64,000 nt of DNA from the human T2T-CHM13v2.0 reference genome, Homo sapiens. The notes below the pieces were generated by a model. It did not search any database, had not been told where the DNA came from, and was given only the letters and a program-made list of their open reading frames with translations. The position numbers and the translations under genes were made by a program. Location: the NCBI RefSeq assembly GCF_009914755.1, contig NC_060933.1; one strand, given 5' to 3'. Positions 48,071 through 63,491 of the stretch are shown here, one piece after another; the stretch's first letter is position 1, and every line of letters begins with the position of its first letter.

Positions 48071-49304
48071 TTATAAATATATTTCTAATTTTGGCTTAGC
48101 CATGCCCTTAAAAACTAATTCTACTTTCAACTAGTTTTTTTTTCCACCTTCAGTCTGTAGTATTGTTCACATTTTGAAAACAATACCTACAGTAACCTGT
48201 GAGGTAGGACATGATAGTGTTTTATTGGACCCCTTTTACTTTATGAATTGGAAAAATTAAATTTGCATGTAGTTTGTAAAAAAAAAAAAAAAGAAAGAAA
48301 GAAAAAAGAAATTGATTGAGATTATTTCAGCAGCCAGAAGTGTGGGACAGGCAGGGCAGTTATTCCTCCTTCTCAGTTTGGAAACTGAAGCTCAGAGAGT
48401 AAACTTGTCAGTGACACAGTTATTCAAGAAGTTGTCTTCAGTTGAGAGATATGTTTTTCACCTGTAGCTTCTGGTATTGGAGGAGTACCTTTTTAGACTA
48501 AACAAATTACGGTTAAAATTATAAAGGTATTTTTGGAGTACCTGGAAAAAATCAGCATTTTGCTTTTCTAGTTCCATTTAGTAGGAAGGCAGGAAAGTTT
48601 GGTATACCTGAATTACATGTGAGTTATTTCTATTTTTCTAAAAATTCTTATAAATTGTGTAAGGTAAAAATGACTACTTCTTGTTTTATGGTAAATATAG
48701 TTATATCCTTTCAAGCCACTGCTGTACAAAGTTGTGAAATCTCCCTGAGGCTTTTTCCCTCATGTCAGCTTCAGGTATCCAGTATCACTTATGCTTGATA
48801 ATGATTGTATGAAAATCATTCAGAATTATACTATGTTTTTTCATATAAAGCTTTTGTTTTACTAATTTTGAAATGACTGTTCCTCCATTAAGCGGATACA
48901 GCCCTAAGCATAAATTTGGTTTGTTCATTTAAAAATGGTCTTTTTTTCCCATCTTAGTTCTGGCTTTACTAGGGAGATAGATTGGCTGAGGTTGTCACCT
49001 AATTCTGGGAGGTTAAGAGCCTTTGTCTTTTGCTACCCATTTCTGAAATAACCAGAAGTCTAGCCCATCCTAACTTTTCTCTCGATGATCCTTTTCTTCT
49101 TTTTACTTCAAGGTTCCAGCCCTTCATTTGACTATCAGTGCTGTTTCACTAGTTAGCCATGATCGCTTTCATCCGCCGTGTCTGGATTAGAACTGTATTT
49201 TTAATTTGATGCTGTGGGCAGTTTTGATAGTTACAGATCCTGTGATACATTTAAATGTGTTTACAAGGGGAACCAATGAAACAATGCTGCATGAAATTTG
49301 CCTT

Positions 49305-49935
49305 TCTTTTTTTTTTTTTTTTTCCCCTTGGAGACAGGGTCTGGGTCTATTGCCCAGGCTAGAGTGCAGTGGTGCGATGTCAGCTCCCTATAGCCTCTGT
49401 GTCCTGGGCTTAAGCCATCTTCCCACCTCAGACTCATGAGTAGCTGGGACTATAGGCACGCACTACCGTGCCTGGCTAATTTTTTATTTTGGTAGAAGAT
49501 GAGGTTTTGCCATGTTGCCGAAGCTGATCTTAAACTCCTGGGCTTAAGTGATCTGCCCACCTCAGCCTCCCAAAGTAATGGGATTATAGGCGTGAGCCAC
49601 CACACTTGGCCTTTTCTTTTTTTCATATTTATTTAATTATTTTATTTTATTGAGACAGAGTCTCACTCTGACACCTGGGCTGGAATGCAGTGGCTATCAT
49701 GGCTCTCTGCAGTCGTGAACTCCTGGACTCAAGTGATCCTCCCATCTCAGCCTCCTGAGTAGCTGGGACTACAGGCTTGCACCCATGCCTGGCTAATTTT
49801 TTTATTTTTACTTTTTTGTAGTGACAGGCTCTCGCTACGTTGCTCAGGCTCATCTTGAACTCCTGGCCTCAAGTGATTCTCCTACTTGGCCTCTCAAAGT
49901 GCTGGGATTATAAGCCTGAGCCACTGAACCCAGCA
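49305..49935 (-). mobile_element. Two tandem antisense AluJ elements within one outer TSD (aaatttgcctttct)
   Basis: Alu bodies at about 49305-49611 and 49613-49935. Confidence 0.85.
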
Positions 49936-51670
49936 AAATTTGCCTTTCTTAAACTAATTTATCTCTGTTGGGTCCAAGAGCTTACAAGTTGGTTGTCATT
50001 TAATATGTTAAACACTAGAATATTTTTTAGTTGAAGTTTTATTTTTTCCCTTTACATATTGTATCCTTTAGTGCTTTATTTCACTAATAAGAATTATAGT
50101 ATGCAATCATTTCCCACCTCTATATTCAGTATATCAATTTTTGTTTTTCCTTTCTACTTCTGTCTTTTGCTATAATTTGCTGTAATACAGGTACTTTCAT
50201 CAAGGCATCCAGTTCTTTATATCATTCTATATTTTTACTTGGGAGAAATAGAAATGTTGCTAATTCCATCTTACTGACAATACCTAAATTATTGTTTGTT
50301 ATAGAACATAATGATTTAAATATACAAAACACTAAACTGTTTGAGATTTTTTACATTTTATGCGTGCAGAATTTACATTTTATGTGTGCAGAGACAAAAA
50401 TTGTTATAAGATTACAAGTTAATGTGCAAGATGATTTCCGATTCATGAGTTTCAGGTTTTGATAGCATATCCTTATCCACTAGATTAGTCTTTTAAAAAT
50501 GTGTATGATAGGGAAAAAATCGAGGGCATGAAATTCTGAGACTTATGGGAACTAAACTTAAATGTTCGTTGTTAGATTTTTTTTTTTTTTTTTTTTTTGC
50601 TGCGTATGAAGTTTTAGGCAGTCATTGTCCAACAACATTAAATACTGAACATATGGGAAAAGCATATGATTTTTTGAAATGTTTTTCTAAAGTAATCTCA
50701 TTCTACATACACTTAAGAGCAGTTATAATGCTTTAGTGACACTTGAAGTAGCTATTTAATGTGATCTCACCACTATAGGGAAGGCCATTGCATGACTTTT
50801 TTGTGTGTGCTTAACTGCTAAACAGGAGAATCTTTTCCTGAGCAACCAGCTGGGAAGGATTTAATTTGACATTCTCCTTACTAGGACCCCCCAAAGAGAC
50901 TCATTCCCTCCAATAGTTCCTACAAGTTCTTTCTCTTTCCTAAACTTGCTGTTACTAATTTACCCCTCACTGTTCTTCAAGGCAAAGCATCTGCAAGGTT
51001 TTCAGTCCTTTCCCCCTCCCGTCTTGTCCCCATCAGTGTTGAAATGTATGCTACAGTTATTATGGTTGTAATTTGTTATGCCATGTTGATCTTCTTGTGC
51101 TTTTCATATCAGAACAATGTATTTTTAACATTCTGACTTTCTTTTTCTCTCAATTGGTAACTGACTATATAGAAAATTTATATTTATGGATACTATTTCT
51201 TTTTTAATAAGTTCAAGGGAAAACATTGATAAAGGAAAATTTATCCTTTCAACTTTCTTTAGGTGCCAGCATTATTTTCATATTAGGAAGCAGGAGAAAG
51301 TTAAGGAACTCTAAGCAATACTAGAATGGTTATATATATATTTAAGTTTGTATTAAACCTGTTGGAATGGTAAAGAAATTTACTGACATATTTAACCATA
51401 CAAAATAGTGTTGCTAAAAGACTAGTTTTTCTCTTTATTCTGTGCATATGTATATATATGAATGTGTGTTTTTTTTTAAGAAATTTTAAAAAAACTTAAT
51501 CTGCCAGCTTTTCTCTATTGGAATTTGCGAACAACTTGTAAAATTGGAATTACAGAATATTAGAATAGTCAGTTATGGAAAGTCACTTCATTATCCTTGT
51601 GTCACTAAATAACGTATAAAGTTAAATCAGAAGTGTATTCATCTCTGAATTTCTAATCAGTTGTTTTTAG

Positions 51671-51722
51671 TTTGCAGAAAAAACTTCAGCATGTGCCAGG
51701 AACACAACCTCACCTTGATCAG
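51671..51722 (+). CDS. ZNG1: ZNG1 exon 11 (LQKKLQHVPGTQPHLDQ)
   Basis: ttttag|T acceptor, CAG|gtaaag donor, 52 nt, phase 2-0. Confidence 0.93.
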
Positions 51723-53519
51723 GTAAAGAAAAAAAATCTAAATCCAAAATTTCTAATCAATGTTTTTAAAGGACCTCTTTAACTAGATAGGCTATGTTTA
51801 GGACTATTTTATTATAAACTTTTTCTAAAATGGTATTTTTGAACTGTGTTGATAATTTTTGGAATCTTAAATGCTTTTGACATAGTCTAATTCTATTTCT
51901 TAACACATAATAGGAATTCATCAAACCAGATTTGTTTTAGAATCTGAGGAAACCATGCTTTCTAGCCTTTCCATTCTGTAGATTGCTTAGCATATTGGTT
52001 AGTTCTGATAGGGATTACTCCTTAAAAGCAGCCTGGGGGTTCTATAGGCAGTCTGTTTTTAAGTATGTTGAATTGTTTAAGGAAAGGTCTGATATAAGCA
52101 TGGCTTATTTAAATAAAAATTGACTTGGAGTTTCACCTTCAGGTAGCACTATAAATTTGAACTCCTTAAGATGTTTTTCATGCTCTAAAATTCTAATCCC
52201 TAAGGTAAATATCTAAGATGCTAGGAACAATTTAAATATAATTTTACTGTACCTGCGTTTCTGTTAAGCAGATCATAGATCATAGAGCTTTAGGATAACT
52301 TCTTTGTTCCTCTTAAAACCCTGAGGGGTGGAGTGGGGGATGTGTAAGTGAGCAGTGTGCCTAATCTTCCTTCCTCTCTCTCAAGTGATCACTCAATTTT
52401 TGAATTGCTGTTGGTTGTAATAGGGCCAAGATAACAGCTACTTGCATTTGTATTCATTTTGGTTCACATTTATGAGCAGGTTTGCTACTATGTTTGTGGC
52501 ACCTTTCCCTGTGAAACTTTTGTTAATAGGATATTCCTCTTCACTTATCTTTAAAATGAATAAATGAGAGAAATACAAGTCCTTGGAGATAGAATTTATG
52601 GTAAAAAAAAAAAAACTCAGTTCTTTATGATAGTCGGTATCTGTCATATAGTTGAACATGAAGCACATTTGAGCTTCTGGGTAAAGAACGTGATGCCAAG
52701 AATCATAGGGATGAAAAGATGAAGCAAACGCAGTACTCACTTACCATGAACATTTGGAGCAGCCAGTGTCTCCATCCATAGAATCTCGAATGAACCCCTA
52801 TTGTGGCAGTTATGATGCCTTGTAGTTTGGTTGAAATGCTTTTGCCTTGCATTAGTCTATAAATTCCTTAAATATAAAATCTTTATTGCTTAGTACAGGG
52901 CTTGGTGGATACTCAGTGAATATTTGTTAAAAGAATGAAAAGCTGTGTTTCTCAAATGGGGTATAAATCAGAATCACATGTGGAGCTTTTTTAAAAAAAA
53001 ATCGATAACTCAGTAGTTCTCACCCCTCAGTCTCCAGGATTGGGACTTGGGTATGTGTATATTAATGTATATTTTTAACATTTTATTATGGAAGATTTCA
53101 AAGATATAAAAGAATAAACAGAATAGTAAAGTAAACCCCTTGTATGCATCACCCAGTTTAAATGGCATCAACATTTAGCTGATTTTATTTCACCTATCCT
53201 CCCAACATTTCTTTTGCCTGGAGTATTTAAAAAAAACAAATGTATTTTAATAGGAAATTTCAAACGTGCATAAGAGTAGAATAGTATAATGAGCCTGTAT
53301 GTACCTATTGCCCTTGGTGTAGTGTATTAAAGCAAATTCCAGACATTATGTCACTTTACTACTAAATAGGGCATATCTATATTTTTGTAGCCTCTGTAGG
53401 AGATTCTGATGCACTGTCCTGCTTTAGATAATATAAACATAGGGAAAAATAGTATCACAGCCAAAGGGCTATGGGATTCAGAGGCAAGAACAATTTCATT
53501 TGGTTTAGTGGATCTGAGG

Positions 53520-54022
53520 TGTAAGGGAGGAAATTTATCTTTTCCTCGCCTATCACTAGATTCATGGCTGAGGTCTCTCTAACAGAAGACCAACTATCAA
53601 GAGAAATTTCAACATAGAAATTTATTTAGTAAGTTTTACTTGACACAGGAGCCTTCATAAAACATACCTGTGTATGTTTTCTGTTAGTTATGGTATGGAA
53701 GAGGATAGTTAATGGAGAAGCATAATTAGATAAAACAGTATGATCTAATAATAAACTGGGAAGAACTTAGCAAGGCCTGTTTGTTCAGATTTTTCTCTGT
53801 GACCCTTCATATTCAGACTTAAGGATGTTCTTTTCCTCTGTGTATAGAGAGGGCACCTCTTAAATGAGGGTCTTATGACCTGCATCAGCGGAAGGTCAGA
53901 AAATCTTTCCTAGGTTTTATGACCTGCTTCAGGAGAGAAGGTGAGAGTGACCTTCCTGATTCTGCCATTTTCTCAAATATTGAGTTGCCATATTTTGGGA
54001 TAGCATGTCCTGAACCCCATCA
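53520..54022 (-). mobile_element. Solo ERV1-group LTR (MER31/MER67-like)
   Basis: TG...CA termini; minus strand starts TGATGGGGTTCAGGACATGCTATCCCAAAATATGGCA. Confidence 0.65.
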
Positions 54023-54121
54023 AATGCTTCATGAGGATAGTTTTTTGTTTGTTTGTTTTGGTTTTGGTTTATTTATTTGCATAAAGCATGCAAATGTGTA
54101 ATTTTAGTGTACAATTCAATG

Positions 54122-54649
<528 letters not shown>

Positions 54650-55962
54650 TAACCTTGAACTGGTAGGATTTTTTTTGACGGTAGGATTTTTTTTGACAGG
54701 AAGAAGTAAGGAAAAGAGCAATATGGATGTTTAAAAATGAGAAGGTGAGAATCTTATAGATGAGTAGGTCTCTGGTACAGAAGTCTTAGTGGAGAGTTGG
54801 TACTGGAATCCTGGTCTAAGGTATTAGGTTTTAATTTGCTAGACAAAGAAAACTCAAGCAGTGCTGTCTAGGAGTGTTATGTAAGCTAGATTGGACTTTA
54901 GAGTCAGGAGACCATGCGGGAAGTTACTGTGTGATAAGGGCCTGAAACATGTTGGTTACAGTGAGACTAGAAATGGGATAAATCCAGAGCTGTTTCACCA
55001 GTAGACTTGCCTGAATATCCTGTCTGACTGAGTATGGATCAGAAAGAAAAGAAGGGGTGATGGGAAACAAGCCTAGATTGACTAGAGAAACCTAGAAATA
55101 GAAAAATCGGGACGGCAAAGTGATTTGGATGATAATGCCATATATTCAGTTGTCCCTGGTGGCCAGATATTATAGTATAGATATTATACAGGCAAAGAAG
55201 AACAGAGGGATAGAGTGTGAAGGTACAGATTTTGAGTTTAAGCACATTAGGGGGCTTAGTGTTCTGGATGAAGAAAACATATAAAAGTTATTGTATGTTA
55301 GGTATTGTTTGCAAAAGAGTAGAAAATGGAGAAATAACCCAGTGGGTTAAAGAAGAAACGGACTAAATAAACAAACCTGAGTAAGTTGTTCCTAAATTTT
55401 ATTTTAGAGACAATTCCTCATTTTGCTTTAGTTTTCTCAATTATTGCCTCACTTTTCTGTTTCTTTCTGTGTCAGCATACATGGAAAAAGGAGTTAATTT
55501 TAGATTCAAAACAAAAACTGGAAAAAAAAAGTCTGAAATGGGTAATACCTAGGACCTAGTATATATGTGTTATTAAGGCTCTATCCCTGAATTTTTAATG
55601 CAGTTATCTATTTTTCATGGATTCTTTGTTTATTCCCCATAAGGAACACCTGGGTTTGGAGAGCGGGAAGGTAGATGAGAAAACCCAAGTGACAAATAAT
55701 GTTTAGTTTATTATTAGAACCAACTATGAGTTGTGACCCTTATCTTCTGCACTGGGAATTACAGATTTTTTCAGGGTTTTTCTAACATGAAAAGAGTTTA
55801 TTGGTGTAGGAAAACATCTGGTTCCAAAATATAGATCATCCTTCTTGAGCTTTAATTTTTAAAGCCTTTTTTGTCTCATACTGGAGTTTATTGTACCCCT
55901 TAAAAATATTAAGTCAAAAATATTTAACCTGTTAAAAGCAAAAATCATTATAAAAATCTTTA

Positions 55963-56253
55963 GGCTGGGTGTGGTGGCTTATGCTTGTAATCCTAGCGCT
56001 TTGACAGGCCAAGGTGGGTGGATTGCTTAAAACCCAGGAGTTGTAGACCAGCCTGGGCAACATGGTGAAACCCCATTTCTGCAAAAAATACAAAAAATTA
56101 GCCAGGCATGGTGGCATGTACCTGTAATCCCAGCTACTCGAGAGGCTGAAGTGGGAGGATTGCTTTAGCTTGGGAGTTCAAAGCTACAGTAAGCCATGAT
56201 TGTGCCACTCTACTCCAGCCTGGGCAACAGAGTGAGACCCCATCTCAAAAAAA
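55963..56253 (+). mobile_element. AluJ
   Basis: Sense Alu; TSD core aaaatcttta. Confidence 0.85.
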
Positions 56254-56566
56254 TTTATTCAGTTAAAATCTTTAACAATAAAGCAATTTTGAGTCGTATT
56301 TTGCGACATTCTCAATATAGTTTTCCAACTTGCATTAAAATACATTTTAAACATTTTTGAAGACTAAATTTATTTTTTTTTAACTGACAGTTATGTTTCA
56401 TTTGACAACCTTTTGCTGTATATTTTTATGTGGACTTTTAGGTATTGTAGTGATTCCTTTAATGAAGAAATAAAATAATTGTCATTTAAAAATGCATATT
56501 ATTATTACCTTATGCTATAAAAATAGTTTTAAAATAGAGTATGTTTATTAAGATTTAAAAATAAGT

Positions 56567-56854
56567 ATAGTCATGCACTGCATAACAGCGTTTTAGTCAG
56601 ACTGCATAAGATTACGATGGAGCTGAAAAATTACTGTCACACAAATACTTACCATTGTGTTATTATTTCGATACACTGTTCAGTACAGTAACATATATGC
56701 TGTACAGGTTTGTAGCCTAGGAGCAACAGGCTATACAGCATAGCTTAGGTGTGTAGTAGGTTATACCATCTAGGTTTGTGTAAGTACACTATCATGTTTG
56801 TATAACAACAAAATTGCCCAACAGCTCATTTCTCTTTATGTATCCATGACTGTA
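56567..56854. mobile_element. Tigger3/Golem-type MITE
   Basis: Inverted ends tagtcatg...catgactgta; gctgtacaggtttgtagcctaggagcaa core. Confidence 0.75.
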
Positions 56855-56855
56855 T

Positions 56856-57310
56856 ATTTTTTATTGTGGTAAAAAACACTTAACGTGAGACCTACCTTCT
56901 TCCACAAATTTTTAAGGGTACAATATAGTATTGTTAACTGTATGTACATTGTTATATAGCAGATCTCTAGAACTTTTCATCTTGCATGACTAAAATTATA
57001 CCCATTGAACAGCACCTCCCAATTTTCGTCTCCCTCTGACCCCTGGTAACCACCATTTTACTTTCTGATTTGATGAGTTTTACTGTTTTAGACACCTGAT
57101 ATTAGTGGATTCATGCAATATTTGTCCTTCTGTGACTGGCTTATTTCACTTAGTGTAATGTCCTCAAGATTCATCCATGTTGTAGTATATGACAGGATTT
57201 TTTTTAAGGATACATAATATTTGGTTGTATGTATATTACCACATTTATTTTATCCATTCAACTGTCCTGGACATTTAGGTGGTTGTTAGTGTCTTGGCTG
57301 CTGTGACAAA
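56856..57310 (-). mobile_element. L1MA/MB 3' fragment
   Basis: Similar to the fragment at 47140. Confidence 0.7.
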
Positions 57311-57453
57311 ATAAGTACTTTTAAAAGTCTCACATTTGCAAGTTCAATTTGAATCTTTTTTTAGTCTGCTTGTACTTCTCTTATCAAGCAAGAAAGCACT
57401 TTTCCGCTTTTCCTATTACTAGTAACAGTGGAGATTAAATATCTCATGTTTTT

Positions 57454-60400
57454 GGGCGTTCTAGAGCCCAACACATCACCTGTTCCTTTCCATACTACCA
57501 CAACTGACACTCTCTGGAAAGTGCCACCTCCCTGCAGCAGGCCAACCAGCACAAAAATAGTACATTAAACCAGCAAAGCTAAGAACCCTCAAAGAGTACA
57601 TTTCACCCTCCTACCACCTCCACTGGAACAGGTGCTGGTATCCACAGCTGAGAGACCCACAGATGGTTCACATCTCCCGACTCTGTGCAGACTACCCCCC
57701 AGTACCAGCCTGGAGCCTGGTAGACTTGCTGGGTGGCTAGATTCAGAAGAGAGATAGCAATCACTACAGCTCAGCTCTCAGGAAGCCACATCCATAGGAA
57801 AAGGGAGAGAGTACTACATCAAGGGAACACCCCGTAGGATGAAAGAATCTGAACAACAACCTTCAGCCCTAGACCTTCTCTCTGACAGAGCCTACCCAAA
57901 TGAGAAGGAACCAGAAAACCGACCCTGGTAGTATGACAAAACAAGGTTCTTTAACACCCCCCAAAAAATCACACTAGCTCACCAGCAATGGATCCAAACT
58001 AAGAAGAAATCCCTGACTTACTTGAAAAAGAATTCACTAGGTTGGTTATTAAGCTAAGGCACCAGAGAAAGGTGAAGCCCAATGTAAGGATATATATATA
58101 AAAAAAAAAGATACAAGAAGTAAAGGGAGAAATATTCAATGAACTAGATAGCATAAATAAAAAACAATCAAAACTTTAGGAAATAATGGACATACTTATA
58201 GAAATATAAAATGCTCTGGAAAGTCTTAGCAATAGAATTGAACAAGTAGAAGAAGGAAATTCAGAGCCTGAAGACAAGGTCTTCTAATTAACCAAATCCA
58301 ATAAAGACAAAGAAAAAAGAATAAGAAAATATGAAGAAAGCCTTCAAGAAATCTGGAATTATGTTAAATGACCAAACCTAAGAATAACCGGCATTCCTGA
58401 GGAAGAAGAGAAATCTAAACGTTTGTTAAACATATTTGGGGGAATAATTGAGGAAAACTTCCCCAGCTTTGCTAGAGACCTAGATCCAAATACAAGAAGC
58501 ACAAAGAACATCTGGGAAATTCATCGCAAAAAGATCATCATCTAGGCACATTGTCGTCAGGTTATCTAAAGTTAAGATGAAAGAAAGAGCTGTGAAACAA
58601 AAGCACCAGGTAACCTGTAAAGGAAAACTTACCAGATTAACAGCACATTTCTCAGCAGAAACCCTGCAAGCCAGAAGGGATTGGAACCCTATCTTCAGCC
58701 TCCTCAAACAAAACAATTATCAGCTGAGAATTTTGTATTCAGCAAAACTAAGCTTCATATACGAAGGCAAGATACAGCTTTTTCAGACAAACAGAGAATT
58801 CACCACTACCAAGCCACCAGTGCAAGAATGCTAAAAGGAACTCTAAATCTTGAAACAAATCCGGGAAACATATCAAAACAGAACCTCTTTAAAGCATAAA
58901 TATCACAGGACCTATAAAACAAAAATACAATTAGAAAAACAACAAAAAACAAAAAAACAAGGTATACAGGCAACAAATAGCATGATGAATAGAGTGGTAC
59001 CTCACATCTCAATACTAACATTGAATATAAATGGCCTAAATGCTCCACTTAAAAGATACAGAATTGCAGAATAGGTAAGAATTCACCAACCAACTATCTG
59101 TTGCCTTCAAGAGTCTCATCTAACACATAAGGACTCACATAAACTTAAGGTAAAGGGATGGACCGAGACATTTCATGCAAACGGACACCAAATGTGAGCA
59201 GGAGTAGCCATTCTTATATTAGACAAAACAAACTTTAAAGAAACAGCAGTTTAAAAAGACAAAGAGGGACATTATATAATGAAAAAAGGCCTTGTCCAAC
59301 AGGAAAGTATCACAATCCTAAACATATGCACCTAACACTGGAGCTCCCAAATTTATAAAAGAATTACTAATAGACCTAAAAAATTAGACAGACAGCAACA
59401 CAATAATAGTGAGGGATTTTAATACTCCACTGACAGCACTGGACAGGTCATCAAGACAGAAAGTCAACAAAGAAACAGTGGATTTAAACTATACCTTGGA
59501 ACAAATGGAGTTAAAAGATATATACAGAATATTCCATGCAACAACCACAGAATATACGTTCTGTTCAACAGCACATGAACTTTCTGTAAGATAGACCATA
59601 TGATAGCCAACAAAATGAGCCTCAATAAATTTTAAGAAAATTAAAATTATATCAAGCACTTTCTCAGACCACAGTGGAATAAAACTGGAAATCAACTCCA
59701 AAAGGAACCTTCAAAACCATGCAGATACATGGAATAACCTGCTCCTGAATGATCATTGGGTCAAAGATGAAATCAAGATGGAAATGTAAAAATTCCTCAA
59801 ACTGAATGACAATAGTGACACAACCTATCAACCTCTGGGATACAGCAAAGGTGGTGCTAAGAGGAAAGTTCATAGCCCTAAATGCCTACATCAAAAAGTT
59901 GGAAAGAGCACAGACAATCTAAGGTCACATCTCAAAGAACTAGAGAAACAAGAACAAACCCAGCAGAAGAAAGAAGATCAGAGCGGAATTAAATGAAATT
60001 GAAACAAAACAACAAAAAAATCCAAAAGATAAATGAAACAAAAAGCTGGTTCTTTGAAAAGATAAATAAAATTGATAGACCGTTAGCAAGATTAGCCAAG
60101 AAAAGAGAGAAAATCCAAATAAGCTCAATAAGAAATGAAACGGGAGATATTACAACTGACACCACAGAAATACAAAAGATATTCAAGGCTACCATGAACA
60201 CCTTTACATGCATAAACTAGAAAACCTAAAATAGATGGATAAATTCCTGGAAAGATACAACCCTCCTAGCTTAAATCAGGAAGAATTACCCTGAACAGAC
60301 CAGTAACAAGCAGGGAGATTGAAATGGTAATTAAAAAATTACCAACAAAAAAATGTCCAGGACTAGACGGATTCACAACAGAATTCCACCAGATATTCAA

Positions 60401-62138
60401 AGAAGAATTGGTACCAGTCTTAAAGACACTATTCCACAAGAGAGAGAAAGAAGGAATCCTCCCTAAATCATTCTATGAAGCCAGTATCACCCTAATACCA
60501 AAACCAGGAAAGGACATAACCAAAGAAGAAAACTACAGACCAATATCCTTGAACATAGATGCTAAAATCCTTAAGAAAATTCTAGCTAACTGATTCCAAC
60601 AACATATCAAAAAGATAATCCACCATGATCAAGGGGTTTCATACCAGGGATGCAGGGATGGTTTAACATACACATGTGCGTAGCCAAAGCAAGACTAAGC
60701 AAAAAGAACAAATCTGAAGGCATCACATTACCTGATTTCAAACTTATACTATAAGGCCATAGTCACCAAAACAGCATGGTACGGTTATAAAAATAGGCAC
60801 ATGGACCAATGGAACAGAATAGAGAACCCAGAAATAAACCCAAATACTTACAGCCAACTGATCTTCAACAAAGCAAACAAAAACGTAAAGTGGAAAAAGG
60901 ATACCCTTTTCAACAAATGGTGCTGGGATAATTGGCTAGCCACATGTAGGAGAATGAAACTGGATCCTCCTCTCTCACTGTATACAAAAATCAACCCAAG
61001 ATAAATTAAAGACTTAAATCTAAGACCTGAAACTATAAAAATTCTAAAAGATACCATTGGAAAAATCATTCTAGACATTGGCTTAGGCAAGGATTTCATG
61101 AACCCAAAAGCAAATGCAATAAAAACAAAGATAAATAGCTGGGACTTAATTAAACTAAAGAACTTTTGCAGAGCAAAAGGAAAAGTCAGGAGAGTAAACA
61201 GACAACCCACAGAGAAGGAGAAAATCTTTCATAATATATACATCTGAAAAAGAACAAATATCCAGAATCTACAATGAACTCCAACAAATCAGCAAGAAAA
61301 GCAGTCCCATCAAAAAGTGGGCTAAGGACATGAATAGACAATTCTTAAAAGAAGATATACAAATGGCCAATAAACATATGGAAAAATGCTCAACATCACT
61401 AATGATCAGGGAAATGCAAATCAAAACCACAGTGCGATACCACCTTACTTCTGCAAGAATGGCCATAATAAAAAAATCAAAAAAATAGTAGATGTTGGCA
61501 TGGATGTGGTGAACACGGAACACTTCTACACTGCTGGTGGGAATGTAAACTAGTACAACCACTATGGAAAACAGTGTGGAGATTCCTTAAAGAACTAAAA
61601 GTAGAACTACCATTTGGTCCAGCAATCCCACTACTAGATATCCACCCAGAGGAAAAGAAGTCATTATACAAAAAAGATACGTGCACACGCATGTTTATAG
61701 CAGCACAATTCGCAATTGCAAAAACGTGGAACCAACCCAAATGCCCATCAATCAATGCGTGGATAAAGTAACTGTGATATATATACATACAATGGAATAC
61801 TCCTCAGCCATAAAAAGGAGTGAATTAATGGCATTCACAGTGACCTGGATAAGATTGGAGACTATTATTCTAAGTGAAAGAACTCAGGAATGGAAAACCA
61901 AACATCGCTATGTTCTCACTCATAAGTGGGAGCTAAGCTATGAGGATGCAAAGGCATAAGAATGACACAATAAACTTTGGGGACTCAGGGAGAAAGGGTG
62001 GGAAGGGGATGAGGAATAAAAGACAGAAATTGGGTGCAGTGTATACTGCTCAGGTGATGGGTGTACCAAAATCTCACAAATCACCACTAAAGAAGTTAAC
62101 CAACACCACCTGTTCCCCAGTAACCTATGGAAAGAAAG
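57454..62138 (+). mobile_element. Older LINE-1 (L1PB1-like), sense, degenerate, with an internal deletion of the RT core near 60675
   Basis: Many short ORF1/ORF2-like fragments (58577..61771); L1PB-type 3'UTR (gctatgaggatgcaaaggcataag); possible degenerate TSD aaatatctcatgttt / aaatgtctcatatgttt. Confidence 0.85.
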
Positions 62139-63253
62139 AAATGTCTCATATGTTTCTGCCTAAATTGGTCTTTAATACTTTAGCGATTCTCTTGAGTTTG
62201 GATTATAAAATAGTTTTGGTCTTTTTGTATTTTCTGCTGTAAGCCTGTATGATTATGTAATGGTGAGTAAAATTGCTAGGCCAGATACGCAGTTCTAGGA
62301 AGTTATGCAAAGATGTGCTTTAGTATATTATTTTCTACCTTTTTAAATTCATTTTGAGCTTGGCTTTTGAGCCTCTATTTTCCAAGGTGGGGTGTATGTT
62401 TTTATAATGTTATGCTTAGCCCTTGTGTATTTTCATCTCTGAGTTTGAAATTTGGGGTTATATTGGCAAAGGGAGGTTTGGGTTTTAATTAGGTGACCTG
62501 TTAGAGGAAATGTTAAGCTTCTGTTTCTTTAGGGTAGACAGTGAGAGATTTATCAAGATAAAGAAGAAAAATAAATCCTAAAGTTAATATTCAATACATG
62601 ATGATGTCACCCTTACTAAAGCCAAAGAGGGCATTATCCTATCATTCTCATCGCTAAGAACTCTTCTCCTCTTGGCACATGCTTATTCAGTTAAAGATAA
62701 GCCAAGCCTTTCTTTTGTATTTTTTTTTTAAGAGAACAAATTTACTTTGGTTCTGAGTTTTATTCCTGGCTCTGGGTAGCTTATTTTTTTTACCCTTATT
62801 TTCCCCAATTTATAAAATGAAATAGTTATCTTCACTCCCCAGGATTGTTGTGAAGAGTAAGTCAAAAGATACAATGAGGTGACTCAGGCAAAAGTACCTG
62901 GCCCTGTATAGTGAGTACATTGTATGTGTTACATATATTCTTATTGCTGAGAATCCACGAAAGAATGAATTAAATAATGAGGACCCTTTCATCAGGGTTT
63001 TTGAGTGAGTTTTTTAAAATACAAGGTAGTAGTTTGTGTAAATACTAAATCCATTGGTACCTGTGCAGAATGTAGGAAATGGAGTTGCTAATTCCAAAAA
63101 AACAGCACATATGCTGAGGAAAGTATAATACCTAATATATATGGTTTAAGCAATGTAAAATTCCATGAATATGTTCCTTTCATCTTAAAATTTGTGATTT
63201 AAAAAACATTGATATTACTATAAAGAATTATTATTATTTCCCTTGATTTACAG

Positions 63254-63322
63254 AGTATTGTTACAATCACATTTGACGTACCAGGAAATGCAAAGGAAGA
63301 ACATCTTAATATGTTTATTCAG
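63254..63322 (+). CDS. ZNG1: ZNG1 exon 12 ([23 protein letters not shown]; start of the CobW C-terminal domain)
   Basis: ttacag|AGT acceptor, CAG|gtgaat donor, 69 nt. Confidence 0.93.
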
Positions 63323-63425
63323 GTGAATGCAATTTTTAACTGATTAATGATTTATCAATGGTTTTGTTACATAGTTGTTGCTATTAGCGATGGTTGGTCT
63401 TATTAAAATATGTCACTTGATACAG

Positions 63426-63491
63426 AATCTTCTGTGGGAAAAGAATGTGAGAAACAAGGACAATCACTGCATGGAGGTCATAAGGCTGAAG
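63426..63491 (+). CDS. ZNG1: ZNG1 exon 13 ([22 protein letters not shown])
   Basis: atacag|AAT acceptor after a 103-nt intron, AAG|gtacag donor, 66 nt. Confidence 0.93.
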